Notes: generated by a model not told the origin, from the sequence alone. A DNA stretch of 64,000 bases from Candidatus Micrarchaeia archaeon (GCA_038870455.1 JAWCPB010000002.1:2247-66246), one strand, 5' to 3'; shown: positions 1-9,039, counted from the stretch's first letter. Translations and numbers: made by a program.

Positions 1-618
1 GCCATCGCGGCAGGCATTCCCGCCCCGCGCGCCTATGTCATGGACGAGGATGCCCCGAATGCATTCGCCGCGGGCAGGGACCCGCAGCACGCCGTCGTGT
101 GCGTGACCACCGGCCTGCTCAAGAGGATGAACCGCCTCGAGCTCGAGGGCGTCCTCGCGCACGAGATCAGCCACATCCGCAATTACGACATCCGCTTCGC
201 CACGCTCGCGGTCGTGCTCGTTGGCGTTGTCTCCATGCTCAGCGACGTCTTCCTGCGGAGCGTTTTCAGGGGGGGCCTCGGCCGGGACAGGAAGGGCGGC
301 GGGGGGTTCGTCATCCTCCTCGTGCTCGCCGTCTTGTTCGCCGTTCTCTCGCCCTTCTTCGCCCAGCTCCTGCGCTTGGCGCTCTCTCGCCAGAGGGAGT
401 ACCTCGCCGATGCCAGCGGCGCGCAGCTCACGCGCTATCCCGAGGGGCTGGCGAGCGCGCTCGAGAAGATAGCCAAGGAGGGGAAGCGCGTTGAGGCCGC
501 AACCAATGCCACCGCACCGCTCTACATCTCCAACCCTCTCCAGGGAGGTTTTCTGGCAAGCCTTTTCTCCACACACCCGCCGATTGAGGAGAGGGTGAGG
601 CGCCTGAGGATGATGTAG
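1..618 (+). CDS. htpX: HtpX-like M48 zinc metalloprotease, C-terminal part (5' end lies outside the window)
   Basis: Frame 1 is open from base 1. Translation AIAAGIPAPRAYVMDEDAPNAFAAGRDPQHAVV..LAHEISHI carries the HExxH zinc motif (HEISH) and the conserved HtpX NAFA-G segment. TAG stop at 616-618. Confidence 0.8.
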   Translation, partial: AIAAGIPAPRAYVMDEDAPNAFAAGRDPQHAVVCVTTGLLKRMNRLELEGVLAHEISHIRNYDIRFATLAVVLVGVVSMLSDVFLRSVFRGGLGRDRKGGGGFVILLVLAVLFAVLSPFFAQLLRLALSRQREYLADASGAQLTRYPEGLASALEKIAKEGKRVEAATNATAPLYISNPLQGGFLASLFSTHPPIEERVRRLRMM

Positions 619-1179
619 CTACTTGTGGACCACCTTCAACAGGTCCGCTTTCGTGACGATGCCGATTACCTTCTCTTTCTTCACGATGAGCACAGCCGGA
701 GCATGGCGCAGCAGGGCGGACAGCACGGGCAGGGGCGTGGCCTCATCGACTCTCGGGGGCGGGTCGGCCATGACGTCGCCCACGCGCGACTTCGAGAGCA
801 GAGTCAGGTCGGCTCCCTCGCCCACCCTCTCGGTTATGACCGCCTCGCTGATCATCCCCACCACATTGTCTCCTTCGAGAACCGGCAGCTGGGAGATGTT
901 CAGCCTCTTCATCGTCCTCACCGCGTCGGCCACGCGGTCGCCCCTGCTCACCCCAACGACCTTGCCAGTCATGATGTCCTTGGCCAGCAGGGACTCCCTC
1001 TCCTCCATCCTCTCGAGCGCCTCGAAAATCTCCTTGGCCTTGCCGTACGATGGATCAACCTTCCCCGCCTCGATCTTTGCGATGAGGGACTGCGACACGT
1101 CGGCGAGCCTGGCGAGCTCGGTCTGCTTGAGCCCCAGCCTGACCCTCCAGCGCTTTATCTCTGCGAGCTCCGGGAGCAT
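619..1179 (-). CDS. HTH (XRE-type) plus tandem CBS-domain transcriptional regulator
   Basis: 186 aa. N-terminal helix-turn-helix (LKQTELARLADVSQSLIAKIEAG) is followed by two CBS-like repeats (DIMTGKVVGV..., VGDVMADPPP...VIGIVTKADLL). Divergent from the sulfur cluster across an AT-rich promoter island. Confidence 0.75.
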   Translation of the reverse strand: MLPELAEIKRWRVRLGLKQTELARLADVSQSLIAKIEAGKVDPSYGKAKEIFEALERMEERESLLAKDIMTGKVVGVSRGDRVADAVRTMKRLNISQLPVLEGDNVVGMISEAVITERVGEGADLTLLSKSRVGDVMADPPPRVDEATPLPVLSALLRHAPAVLIVKKEKVIGIVTKADLLKVVHK

Positions 1180-1213
1180 GACGGGATTTCTCCGGCAACC
1201 TTTTTCTCATTTC

Positions 1214-1260
1214 GGAATATTCCTTTTTGAATAATTTTTATATAAAATTATTTAAATTAG
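1214..1260. promoter_or_regulatory. Divergent promoter island: palindromic GGAATATTCC box (1214-1223) plus two TATA-like boxes (tttttatataaaa 1235-1247; ttatttaaatt 1249-1258)
   Basis: AT-rich island in about 65% GC DNA between a minus-strand regulator (start 1179) and the plus-strand TauE gene (GTG 1279). tttatttaaa-like elements recur about 25-40 bp upstream of many starts in this window. Confidence 0.5.
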
Positions 1261-1278
1261 AATATACGAAACTCGTGC

Positions 1279-2058
1279 GTGGTTGCGGACATCGCGCTTG
1301 TGCTGACCGGCCTCCTGGTCGGCTTCCTTGTGGGCCTGACGAGCATAGGCACGGGCCTCGTGGGCACACCCACCCTCATCCTGCTTGGCGTGCCGCCGGC
1401 CGCGGCCGTCTCGGCCGAAATCATCCAGGGGACCGTGATGAAGGCGGTTGCCGTGATAAAGCATTGGCGCAGGGGGCGCGTTTTTCATTCCCTCGCGCTC
1501 AAGATGGTCGCGCTCGGCATTCCGGGCGCTGCCGCAGGCTCTTGGCTCTCCTCGCGGCTTGACGCCGCTGCCCTGTCGCAGGCGGTCGCGCTCATTCTCA
1601 TCGGCGTGTCGCTTCTCGTTGTTCTTGAGGCGTGGGCGAGCCGCAGGCAGGGCCCCTGCCGTGAGACCTTCCGCCCTCTCCTGAAAAACCGCGCTCTCAA
1701 CGATGCGCTCCTAGTCCTGCTGGGTGGCTGCGTGGGCTTTCTCTCGGGCCTCACGAGCATCGGCTCGGGCACCTTCATCGTCCTCCTCTTCCTGCTCTTC
1801 CTCCGCATCCCCACAGGCTGCTCTGTCGGCACCGCGACTTCGGCCGGCCTCCTCATCCTTTCAGCCGCCGCACTGTCGCATGCCTCGCTTGGTTCTGTTG
1901 ACCTTTCGCTCACCGCAAAGCTTCTCGCCGGCTCGCTTCCGGGCGTGTGGCTGGGCACCCATCTGCTGTCAAGAGCCCCGGCCCACCACATCCGCATAGC
2001 GATTGCCGCGCTCACGCTCGCGGGCGGGCTGAGGATTTTGACGGGTGTGCACCTTTAA
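1279..2058 (+). CDS. TauE/SafE (DUF81) family sulfite/sulfonate exporter-type membrane protein
   Basis: 259 aa with a GTG start. Two halves of multi-TM repeats carry the family-typical GFLVGLTSIGTG and GFLSGLTSIGSG glycine motifs. Confidence 0.7.
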   Translation: MVADIALVLTGLLVGFLVGLTSIGTGLVGTPTLILLGVPPAAAVSAEIIQGTVMKAVAVIKHWRRGRVFHSLALKMVALGIPGAAAGSWLSSRLDAAALSQAVALILIGVSLLVVLEAWASRRQGPCRETFRPLLKNRALNDALLVLLGGCVGFLSGLTSIGSGTFIVLLFLLFLRIPTGCSVGTATSAGLLILSAAALSHASLGSVDLSLTAKLLAGSLPGVWLGTHLLSRAPAHHIRIAIAALTLAGGLRILTGVHL

Positions 2059-2092
2059 ATACCCGTGAGGGCATAACATTCCACTTATTCTG

Positions 2093-2962
2093 GTGGGAGC
2101 TTTGAAGCCCTACTATCTGGCAAAACCCCCGGAGACCCCCCTCGCCCAGAGGCGCGCGCGAATGCTCTCGAGGGAGGAAGGCGAGCGGATTCTGGCGATG
2201 TCCCCGCGGGCCATCTCCGAGCTCTTGCGCAAGCCCGCTCCAGAGTACATTGATGCGGCCGTGCTCAAGCCATCGCGCAAGGGAGTTCGGCTGCTCGGCG
2301 AGATGGCGAGAAGCGAGGCGGAGGCCAGAGAGTTCCTCACCGCGCTCAGGGACATCGCGCTCACGAGCGAGGAGTTCGACGGAGTGGCCAGAAAGGAGCT
2401 CGCCAAAACCGCAGTCTCGCAAAACGCTGACCCGGAAGCCGCCAAGGCGGCCTTCATCCTCGCCGAGAGGGCCGGCCTTGCGATCGGCGAGCGCATCCGG
2501 CGAATTATCGTCGGCAGGCTCATCCTCACAGCCCCCACCACCATTCTCTCCGCAGCGCTTTCTGTCTTGGCTTTCGGCACAGCAGCGCTCGCTCTCGTGT
2601 TTGGGCGCATTTCAGACCTCATCGTCGCTCCGATTGCTGGCTTTTCAGGCTGGATCGCTCTCAAAGCCGCGCGCGCGGCCGGAAGCCGCTTTGCCGACAG
2701 CATCCGTATGGCATTAACTTTGGGAAAAAGGCTCGCCGGCTATGCTGCGGAGCTCAGAGATGCCGAGATCGCCGAGGTGCTGGAAAGCTCGGCTTGGGAG
2801 CGAGCCTTGCGCGAGGGCGTTCCGGCTACCCCCGCAGAGCTCAAAAAAGTGCTAGGGGACACCGAGCCCAAGACAGGAACGAATGCGCCGGACGCGGCCA
2901 GCGCGTTGGAGCTCACCGAGGAGGACATCGGCCGAGTCCTTAACAGAAAAAAGCGCGACTGA
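2093..2962 (+). CDS. Hypothetical protein with central hydrophobic segments
   Basis: 289-aa ORF with cluster-like codon usage and no recognisable motif. TM-like stretch [28 protein letters not shown]. Confidence 0.4.
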   Translation: MGALKPYYLAKPPETPLAQRRARMLSREEGERILAMSPRAISELLRKPAPEYIDAAVLKPSRKGVRLLGEMARSEAEAREFLTALRDIALTSEEFDGVARKELAKTAVSQNADPEAAKAAFILAERAGLAIGERIRRIIVGRLILTAPTTILSAALSVLAFGTAALALVFGRISDLIVAPIAGFSGWIALKAARAAGSRFADSIRMALTLGKRLAGYAAELRDAEIAEVLESSAWERALREGVPATPAELKKVLGDTEPKTGTNAPDAASALELTEEDIGRVLNRKKRD

Positions 2963-2982
2963 AATCACCAATTATTCTTAGC

Positions 2983-3011
2983 GGAATAAATTATTCAACA
3001 ATTTATTTAAA
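2983..3011 (+). promoter_or_regulatory. GGAATA box (2983-2988) plus TATA-like tttatttaaa (3002-3011) upstream of the ThrC-like gene
   Basis: Same motif arrangement as at 1214, 6822 and 9488, about 35 bp upstream of the start at 3045. Confidence 0.45.
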
Positions 3012-3044
3012 CTCCGCCCGCCTAAAGCCTTCTCTCCTTCCGAG

Positions 3045-4301
3045 GTGTTTCTCATAGCCCGCTATAACCTCAAGTGCAGGGAGTGCGGAAAGGGGTATCC
3101 CGCGGCCGAGCGGACGGTTTGCGATGACTGCTTTGGCCCTGTCAAGGTGAATTTCGAGCTGGCCGAGGTGGGCAGGACCTTCACAAAGGAGAACATCGCC
3201 CGCCGCCCGCTCTCACTGTGGCGCTACTTCGAGCTGCTTCCTGTCGATGACAGGAGCCGCATCGTTGACCTTGGCGCTGGCTACACGCCGCTCATCCACG
3301 CGAAGAAGTTAGGGGATAAGCTTGGCCTCAGGAAGCTCTACATCAAGAACGACTCGGTGAACCCGACCTTTTCCTTCAAGGACAGGCCCGTGACGGTCGG
3401 CATCACCAAGGCCATTGAGTTCGGCAAGAAGGTCATCTCATGCGCCTCAACGGGAAACCTGGCGGCCGCCAGCGCGGCCCACGCCGCAAAAGCAGGCCTG
3501 CCGTGTTTTGTGTTCATCCCCGCCGACATCGAGCTCAACAAAATAGCCCAGATTTTCGCCTACGGCGCGCGCGTCATTGCAGTCAACGGCATCTACGATG
3601 TGGCGAACCGCCTCTCCAATGAGGCGGCTGACCGCTTCGGCTGGGCCGTGCTGAACGTGAACATCCGGCCTTATTACGCGGAGGGCGAGAAGACCATCGC
3701 GTTCGAAACGTGCGAGCAGCTGGGCTGGGAGCTGCCTGACGCAGTGGTAATCCCCATCGGCAGCGGCGGCCTGCTCTGCGAGGTGGAGAAGGCCTTCAGG
3801 GAGCTGCGGGAGCTGCGCCTTGTGGCGGACAAACCAGTTCGCTTCTACGGCGCGCAGGGCGAGGGCGCCGACGCAGTCATTCGGGCGGTCAAGAAGGGCG
3901 GGCCGGTCGTTCCCATCAAGAACCCCAGGACAATCGCAAAGAGCATAATGTTCGGCGCGCCCGGCGACGGCGAGCACGCGCTACGCATCATCAGGGAGAC
4001 GCGGGGAGGGGGCGAGAACCCGGATGACAAGGAGATTCTTGAGGGCATTCGCCTGCTCGCCCAGACCGAGGGCATTCTCACCGAGCCAGCGGGCGGCACA
4101 ACCATCGGCGCGCTGAAGAGGCTGGCCGAGGGAGGCGCGTTTGATGCGGGCGATGTCGTGGTCGCGTTCATCACGGGCAACGGCCTCAAGACGCAGGAGG
4201 CGATTCCGAAAGGAAAGGCATACAGGATCGAGCCGAGGATAGAAGAGGTCGAGAGGATACTGAGAAGGCTTGGGAGGGAGAGCCATGGCAAAGGGGATTA
4301 G
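3045..4301 (+). CDS. Threonine-synthase-like fold-type II PLP enzyme with N-terminal Cys4 zinc ribbon
   Basis: 418 aa. N-terminal CRECG...CDDCFG zinc ribbon. NPTFSFKDRPV PLP-lysine motif typical of ThrC. GSGG and GNL segments of the ThrC/CysK fold. Its 3' end overlaps the MoaD-like gene by 32 nt. Confidence 0.85.
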   Translation: MFLIARYNLKCRECGKGYPAAERTVCDDCFGPVKVNFELAEVGRTFTKENIARRPLSLWRYFELLPVDDRSRIVDLGAGYTPLIHAKKLGDKLGLRKLYIKNDSVNPTFSFKDRPVTVGITKAIEFGKKVISCASTGNLAAASAAHAAKAGLPCFVFIPADIELNKIAQIFAYGARVIAVNGIYDVANRLSNEAADRFGWAVLNVNIRPYYAEGEKTIAFETCEQLGWELPDAVVIPIGSGGLLCEVEKAFRELRELRLVADKPVRFYGAQGEGADAVIRAVKKGGPVVPIKNPRTIAKSIMFGAPGDGEHALRIIRETRGGGENPDDKEILEGIRLLAQTEGILTEPAGGTTIGALKRLAEGGAFDAGDVVVAFITGNGLKTQEAIPKGKAYRIEPRIEEVERILRRLGRESHGKGD

Positions 4302-4569
4302 GGTGAGATTCTCCAGCGCGCTCAAGCCGCAGACGGGCGAGGCCGAGACAACCCTGCCCAAGGCCGGCAGTGTCGGGGAGGTTCTCGCCCTGCTTGTCAA
4401 GAAGTACGGCGAGGGCTTCCAGAAGCGCGTTTTCGACGAAAGCGGGAGCGTGCGCAGGTTCATCAACATCTATGTCAACGGCGAAGACATCCGCTTCAAG
4501 AATGGTCTGGCCAGCAGGCTCAAGGCTGGCGACGAGGTGCTCATTCTCCCCGCAGTGAGCGGCGGGTGA
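4270..4569 (+). CDS. MoaD/ThiS-like ubiquitin-fold sulfur-carrier protein number 1 (C-terminal GG)
   Basis: 99 aa (about 94 from the second Met). Ends ...VLILPAVSGG followed by stop. The beta-grasp pattern (IRVRF..., FINIYVNGEDIRF) resembles MoaD/SAMP. Confidence 0.8.
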   Translation: MGGRAMAKGIRVRFSSALKPQTGEAETTLPKAGSVGEVLALLVKKYGEGFQKRVFDESGSVRRFINIYVNGEDIRFKNGLASRLKAGDEVLILPAVSGG

Positions 4570-4573
4570 GGTA

Positions 4574-5323
4574 TTGGAGCTAAGCGATTACGACCTCAAG
4601 AGGTACGACCGGCAGATGCGCATTCACGGCTGGGGTGAGGAGGGGCAGAAGAGAATAAAGGCCGCAAAGGTGGGCGTCATTGGCACGGGGGGGCTTGGCT
4701 CCCCCCTCACAACCTACCTCGCGGTGGCGGGCGTGGGCAAAATAATCGCGGCCGACCGCGATGTGGTTGAGCTGTCGAACCTGAACAGGCAGATACTACA
4801 CTGGGACAAGGACATCGGCAGGAAAAAGGCAGAGAGCGCTGCCGAAAAGCTCAAGCAGGTCAATCCCTCCATTGAGGTGGTCGTCGTCGGCGAGGATGTG
4901 ACCGCGGAGAACATCGATAGGATATTTGAGGGCGTCGATGTCGTTGTTGACGGGCTGGACAATTACCCAAGCCGTTTCGTGCTCAACGAGTTCGCCGTGC
5001 GCAAGCGCATTCCGTTCGTTCACGGCAGCGTGTGGGGCATGGAGGGACGCGTGACAACCGTGATCCCAGGCAAGTCGCCTTGCCTGCGGTGCATCGTGCC
5101 CGAGGCCCCGCCGCGCGAGGTTTTTCCAGTGCTCGGCACAATTCCGGCTCTCGTGGCTACCATTCAGGCTACAGAGGTGCTCAAGTGCATAACGAAAGTT
5201 GGCCTGCTACTGACGGGCAGGCTGCTCGTCTACAATGGCGAGCACATGACTTTCGACGAGATTCCCCTCGAGAGGGACCCGGATTGTCCGGTGTGCTCGG
5301 CCCTCTGGACGAGCGAGGGCTGA
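4574..5323 (+). CDS. E1-like ThiF/MoeB/HesA family adenylyltransferase number 1
   Basis: 249 aa. YDRQMRIHGWGEEGQKRIKAAKVGVIGTGGLGS nucleotide-binding start. CLRC...CPVC zinc motif. No rhodanese domain. TGA stop at 5321-5323 lies in the same frame as the downstream CysK. Confidence 0.85.
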   Translation: MELSDYDLKRYDRQMRIHGWGEEGQKRIKAAKVGVIGTGGLGSPLTTYLAVAGVGKIIAADRDVVELSNLNRQILHWDKDIGRKKAESAAEKLKQVNPSIEVVVVGEDVTAENIDRIFEGVDVVVDGLDNYPSRFVLNEFAVRKRIPFVHGSVWGMEGRVTTVIPGKSPCLRCIVPEAPPREVFPVLGTIPALVATIQATEVLKCITKVGLLLTGRLLVYNGEHMTFDEIPLERDPDCPVCSALWTSEG

Positions 5324-6262
5324 GGTGGTTCCACGGCAAGATACGAGAGCGTCCTTGAGGCGATTGGCGGCACGCCGCTCATTCGCCTCAACAGGATAAC
5401 CAAGGGCCTGAAGCCTGTCATCTATGGCAAGCTCGAAGCCCGTAATCCAGCCTACTCAGTCAAGGACCGCATCGCGCTCGCCATGATCGAGGCAGCCGAG
5501 AGGCAGGGCGTGCTCAAACGCGGCTCAATCATCGTTGAGCCCACGAGTGGCAACACGGGCATCGGCCTCGCCATGGTGTGCGCGGTCAAGGGCTATCGCC
5601 TAAAGCTCACCATGCCCGAGAGCATGAGCCTGGAAAGGCGTGCCCTGTTGCGCGCTTTCGGCGCCGAGCTCATCCTCACCCCTGCCAGCGAAGGCATGCG
5701 CGGCGCTGTGGCGGCTGCAGAGGAGCTTGCCAGACAAGACAGGCACGTGTTCATCCCGCAGCAGTTCAAGAACAAGGCCAACGTGGAGATCCACAGGAAG
5801 ACAACCGCAGAAGAGATATGGCGGGATACAGAAGGGAAAATCACTCACTTTGTGGCCGGCGTGGGCACGGGCGGCACCATCACCGGGGTCGGGCAGGTGC
5901 TGAAGAAACGAAAGCCTTCAGTGAAAATCTATGCTGTCGAGCCTGCAGCTTCGCCCGTGCTGTCAGGCGGCAAGCCGGGTCCTCATAAGATTCAGGGCAT
6001 CGGCGCCGGCTTTGTGCCGGACATTCTCGACAGGAGCATCACCGACAGGATCATCCAGGTCTCGAACGAGGACGCGTTCGCCACAGCAAGGAGGCTCATC
6101 AGGGAAGAGGGCCTCCTTGTAGGAATCTCGGCTGGCGCGAACACCTGGGCAGCCCTCCAGGCCGCGGTGGAGGCGGACAAGGGCGACGTTATCGTCGTAG
6201 TGCTGCCCGATACGGGCGAGAGGTATATAAGCACAGACCTCTTTGCCGAATACAGGGAATGA
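5324..6262 (+). CDS. cysK: Cysteine synthase (O-acetylserine sulfhydrylase, CysK type) number 1; start unresolved
   Basis: Near-colinear with E. coli CysK from [19 protein letters not shown] through [11 protein letters not shown] (PLP lysine), [10 protein letters not shown] and [10 protein letters not shown]. The first in-frame ATG (5483) would delete the catalytic lysine. No ATG/GTG/TTG lies between the upstream in-frame TGA (5321) and the conserved N-terminus. Confidence 0.8.
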   Translation, partial: GGSTARYESVLEAIGGTPLIRLNRITKGLKPVIYGKLEARNPAYSVKDRIALAMIEAAERQGVLKRGSIIVEPTSGNTGIGLAMVCAVKGYRLKLTMPESMSLERRALLRAFGAELILTPASEGMRGAVAAAEELARQDRHVFIPQQFKNKANVEIHRKTTAEEIWRDTEGKITHFVAGVGTGGTITGVGQVLKKRKPSVKIYAVEPAASPVLSGGKPGPHKIQGIGAGFVPDILDRSITDRIIQVSNEDAFATARRLIREEGLLVGISAGANTWAALQAAVEADKGDVIVVVLPDTGERYISTDLFAEYRE

Positions 6263-6263
6263 C

Positions 6264-6809
6264 ATGGCGTTGGATTTCCTGAAAACGCTTCTCGAGGACT
6301 TCACCACCCCATTCAAGAGAGACCCAGCAGCCACCAATATCCTAGAAGTGGTTTTCCTCTACCCCGGCGTGCATGCGATCCTGCTCCACCGCATCGCCCA
6401 CAGGCTGTGGCTATGGCGCATACCATTCATCCCGCGCGCGCTCAGCCACCTCAACCGGTTTCTCACAGGCATCGAGATTCACCCCGGCGCGACCATAGGC
6501 AGGCGTTTTTTTATTGACCACGGTGCGGGCGTGGTCATAGGCGAGACGGCCGAAATAGGCGACGACTGCACCCTTTATCAGGGTGTGACGCTCGGCGGCA
6601 CGGGCCTGCAGAGGGGCAAGCGCCATCCAACAGTCGAAAAGGAGTGTGTCATAGGCGCCGGCGCCATTCTGCTGGGGCCCATCCGCATAGGTCATCACAG
6701 TCGCATTGGCGCGGGCAGCGTGGTCAACAAGTCCTTCCCGCCCTATTCAACAGTCGTTGGTGTGCCGGGACGTGCGGTGACCAAGAGCACCTTCATCTAC
6801 CAGATATAG
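6264..6809 (+). CDS. cysE: Serine O-acetyltransferase (short form)
   Basis: Left-handed beta-helix hexapeptide repeats ([41 protein letters not shown]...RHP) like CysE. ATG at 6264 sits 1 nt after the cysK stop. An alternative ATG lies at 6243. Confidence 0.8.
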   Translation: MALDFLKTLLEDFTTPFKRDPAATNILEVVFLYPGVHAILLHRIAHRLWLWRIPFIPRALSHLNRFLTGIEIHPGATIGRRFFIDHGAGVVIGETAEIGDDCTLYQGVTLGGTGLQRGKRHPTVEKECVIGAGAILLGPIRIGHHSRIGAGSVVNKSFPPYSTVVGVPGRAVTKSTFIYQI

Positions 6810-6821
6810 CCAATTCTGATT

Positions 6822-6854
6822 GGAATAGTTTAGTCAAAAATTTATTTAAATAAG
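6822..6854 (+). promoter_or_regulatory. GGAATAG box (6822-6828) plus TATA-like tttatttaaataag (6841-6854) upstream of the ATP-grasp gene
   Basis: AT-rich island in the 64-bp cysE/ATP-grasp gap. A CCAAT..ATTGG inverted repeat lies immediately upstream. Confidence 0.45.
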
Positions 6855-6873
6855 AATACAAGAAATACTGGGC

Positions 6874-8097
6874 ATGGCTGTTGGCATACTCCACGCGCAG
6901 GGACTCCTTGAGTTTGATGATCCCGCAAACGTCATATCCGGCCGAGCCGACAGGTCCGGAGTAATCCTCGCGGGGTTGGAGGCCAAACTGCGTGCTAAAG
7001 GTGTGGAAGTTATCCGCATTTCCAGTGAGAGCCTGAAAGGCGAATTCACCTCACCCCCGAACCTCTCCGTGCTCTACGTATTCCCGCTGTGCGCCAAGTA
7101 TTTTGAAGACCTGCCCAAAAAAGTTCGGACGAAGCTTGAGGAATGGGATGAGCGGGGCCTGCTCTTCAACCCGCTCGGAGCGCTTATCGCCCAAACAGAC
7201 AAGCGCGCCACGACCGAGGCATTCAAAAAGCACGGGGTTGCCATTCCGGAGACGCTCATCTCGTCAAACAGCAACGAGCTGGCTGCGTTCGTGAAAAATC
7301 ACCGCGTAGCAATCCTCAAGCCCACACACGGTGCTGGCGGCGGCAACATCCTCTTCCTGGTCTGGAAGGACGGGACGGTGTACGCCCGCGTGCCGCAGGA
7401 TGGCCGCATCGTCGAGCTGCCGTGTGAGTTCAAGCACTACACCACTCGCCATTCAAGACTTTACTCCGCGCACACCCACGATGGGCGTGTGCACATCCAT
7501 GGCGAGGTTGTTGTGCAGGAGGTCATCCAGCCGGAAGGGCGCTGGAACGAGAGCGTGCTCAAGGTGTATGTCGTGGATGGCAGGGCCGCTTTCGGGGTGG
7601 AACTCACGCGCAGCGCGAGCACCCCGGAAGAATCCATAATCACGTATGCGAACGCGGAACACAGGCTGGTGGATGTCAAATCGATCCCAAAAGAGGCCGT
7701 GGAGCTGGCCGTCAAGGCCGCCGCTGCGCTGGGCCTGCGCGCCTGCCTCGTTGATCTGATTAAAAAGAATGGGGGCTGGGTGGCGCTCGAGACCAACGGA
7801 GACAACATCTACACCATCCACGATAGGGGGTACCGTTTTGCGCAGGGTTTCAAACCAGAGTTTGATTTTGATGAGCATCTGGCCTCTGCGTTGGCCGCCC
7901 GCGACACTCTTTCGGACCGCAAGCGCGCTCCGGACAACCGCAGGGACAAGCACGTCTGCGCTCCTCTTCCCGTCAGCCCGGATCCGTTCGCGCGCGCCAA
8001 GGGCGTGACCCTCCCGCGCCCAGGCCAGGCAGGAGAGGGCCGGCAGCCTCTCTCGCTCGCCCAGGCTGGAAAGCCTAATAAAATCACGGTGAAATAA
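6874..8097 (+). CDS. ATP-grasp family ligase (RimK/GshB-like fold) with low-complexity C-terminal tail
   Basis: 407 aa. VAILKPTHGAGGGNILFLV glycine-rich ATP-binding loop. Overall N-domain, central-domain and C-domain layout of ATP-grasp enzymes. Pro/Arg-rich tail of about 80 aa. Confidence 0.6.
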   Translation: MAVGILHAQGLLEFDDPANVISGRADRSGVILAGLEAKLRAKGVEVIRISSESLKGEFTSPPNLSVLYVFPLCAKYFEDLPKKVRTKLEEWDERGLLFNPLGALIAQTDKRATTEAFKKHGVAIPETLISSNSNELAAFVKNHRVAILKPTHGAGGGNILFLVWKDGTVYARVPQDGRIVELPCEFKHYTTRHSRLYSAHTHDGRVHIHGEVVVQEVIQPEGRWNESVLKVYVVDGRAAFGVELTRSASTPEESIITYANAEHRLVDVKSIPKEAVELAVKAAAALGLRACLVDLIKKNGGWVALETNGDNIYTIHDRGYRFAQGFKPEFDFDEHLASALAARDTLSDRKRAPDNRRDKHVCAPLPVSPDPFARAKGVTLPRPGQAGEGRQPLSLAQAGKPNKITVK

Positions 8098-8105
8098 GCG
8101 GTTGT

Positions 8106-9011
8106 ATGGCAGGAAAAAAAAGGCCGGGAATCCTCTCCGCGATTGGAAACACGCCGCTGGTTGAGCTCGTCAAACTCAATCCCTCGCGCCCGCGCGTGCG
8201 CATCCTCCTCAAGCTCGAGGGCCACAACCCCACGGGAAGCCTCAAGGATCGCATAGCCCTCTACATGATTGAGAAGGCGGAGGAAAGGGGCGAGCTGACA
8301 AAGGGGAAAACTGTTCTAGAGGCCACGAGTGGCAACACGGGCATCGGCCTCGCCATGGTGTGCGCCGCCAAGGGCTATCCCTTCGTGGCGTGCATGAGCG
8401 AGAGGGAGAGCGCGGAGAGGAGGAAGATAATGAAGGCTTTCGGCGCAGAGATCATCCTCACGCCCGCAGAGCAGGGAACAGACGGAGCGATAAGGAGGGC
8501 GGACGAGCTGGCCGCCGCCCACCCGGAAAAATACTTCGTGCCGCGCCAGCACAGCAATCCGGACAACGCGCTCGCGCACTATGAGACGACGGGCCCAGAA
8601 ATCTGGGCACAGGCGAAGGGGGATGTCGATGTCTTCATCGCGGGCATCGGCACAACGGGCACGCTCATGGGTGTCGGCAGGTTCCTCAAGGAAAAGAACC
8701 CGCACGTGAAAGTCATCGGCGTGGAGCCGGCAGAGAAGCACAGGCTGTACGGCCTGCGCAACCTCACCGCCGCCATGGTGCCGCCCATCTTCAACCCCTC
8801 CCTGCTTGATGACAAGGTGCGCGTGGCCGATGAGCACGCCTACAGACTGACGAGAGAGCTCGCGCGCGCCGAAGGCGTATTCGCCGGAATCAGCACGGGC
8901 GCGGTCGTGTGGGCCGCCCTGGAGGCCGCGAAGTCGCTCGGCAGGGGCACGATAGTCGCGCTCTCGCCCGACAGGGGCGACAAGTACCTGAGCATCCCGG
9001 ATTTATTCTGA
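8106..9011 (+). CDS. cysK: Cysteine synthase (CysK/CysM type) number 2
   Basis: 301 aa. IGNTPLVEL...NPTGSLKDRIA (PLP lysine), [20 protein letters not shown]. Own ATG 8 nt after the ATP-grasp stop. Confidence 0.85.
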   Translation: MAGKKRPGILSAIGNTPLVELVKLNPSRPRVRILLKLEGHNPTGSLKDRIALYMIEKAEERGELTKGKTVLEATSGNTGIGLAMVCAAKGYPFVACMSERESAERRKIMKAFGAEIILTPAEQGTDGAIRRADELAAAHPEKYFVPRQHSNPDNALAHYETTGPEIWAQAKGDVDVFIAGIGTTGTLMGVGRFLKEKNPHVKVIGVEPAEKHRLYGLRNLTAAMVPPIFNPSLLDDKVRVADEHAYRLTRELARAEGVFAGISTGAVVWAALEAAKSLGRGTIVALSPDRGDKYLSIPDLF

Positions 9012-9039
9012 AACTATTCTTTTTTGAAATCCCTCTCGG

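Noticed and set aside
99-494. Alternative-frame ORFs inside the htpX fragment (99-494 plus, 183-431 minus, 221-472 plus)
   Set aside because: They overlap a well-supported HtpX reading frame. Arg/Ala/Pro-rich translations typical of off-frame GC-rich DNA.
623-1234. Two plus-strand ORFs antisense to the HTH-CBS regulator
   Set aside because: Antisense to a gene with clear domain structure. Low-complexity Ser/Thr/Arg-rich products.
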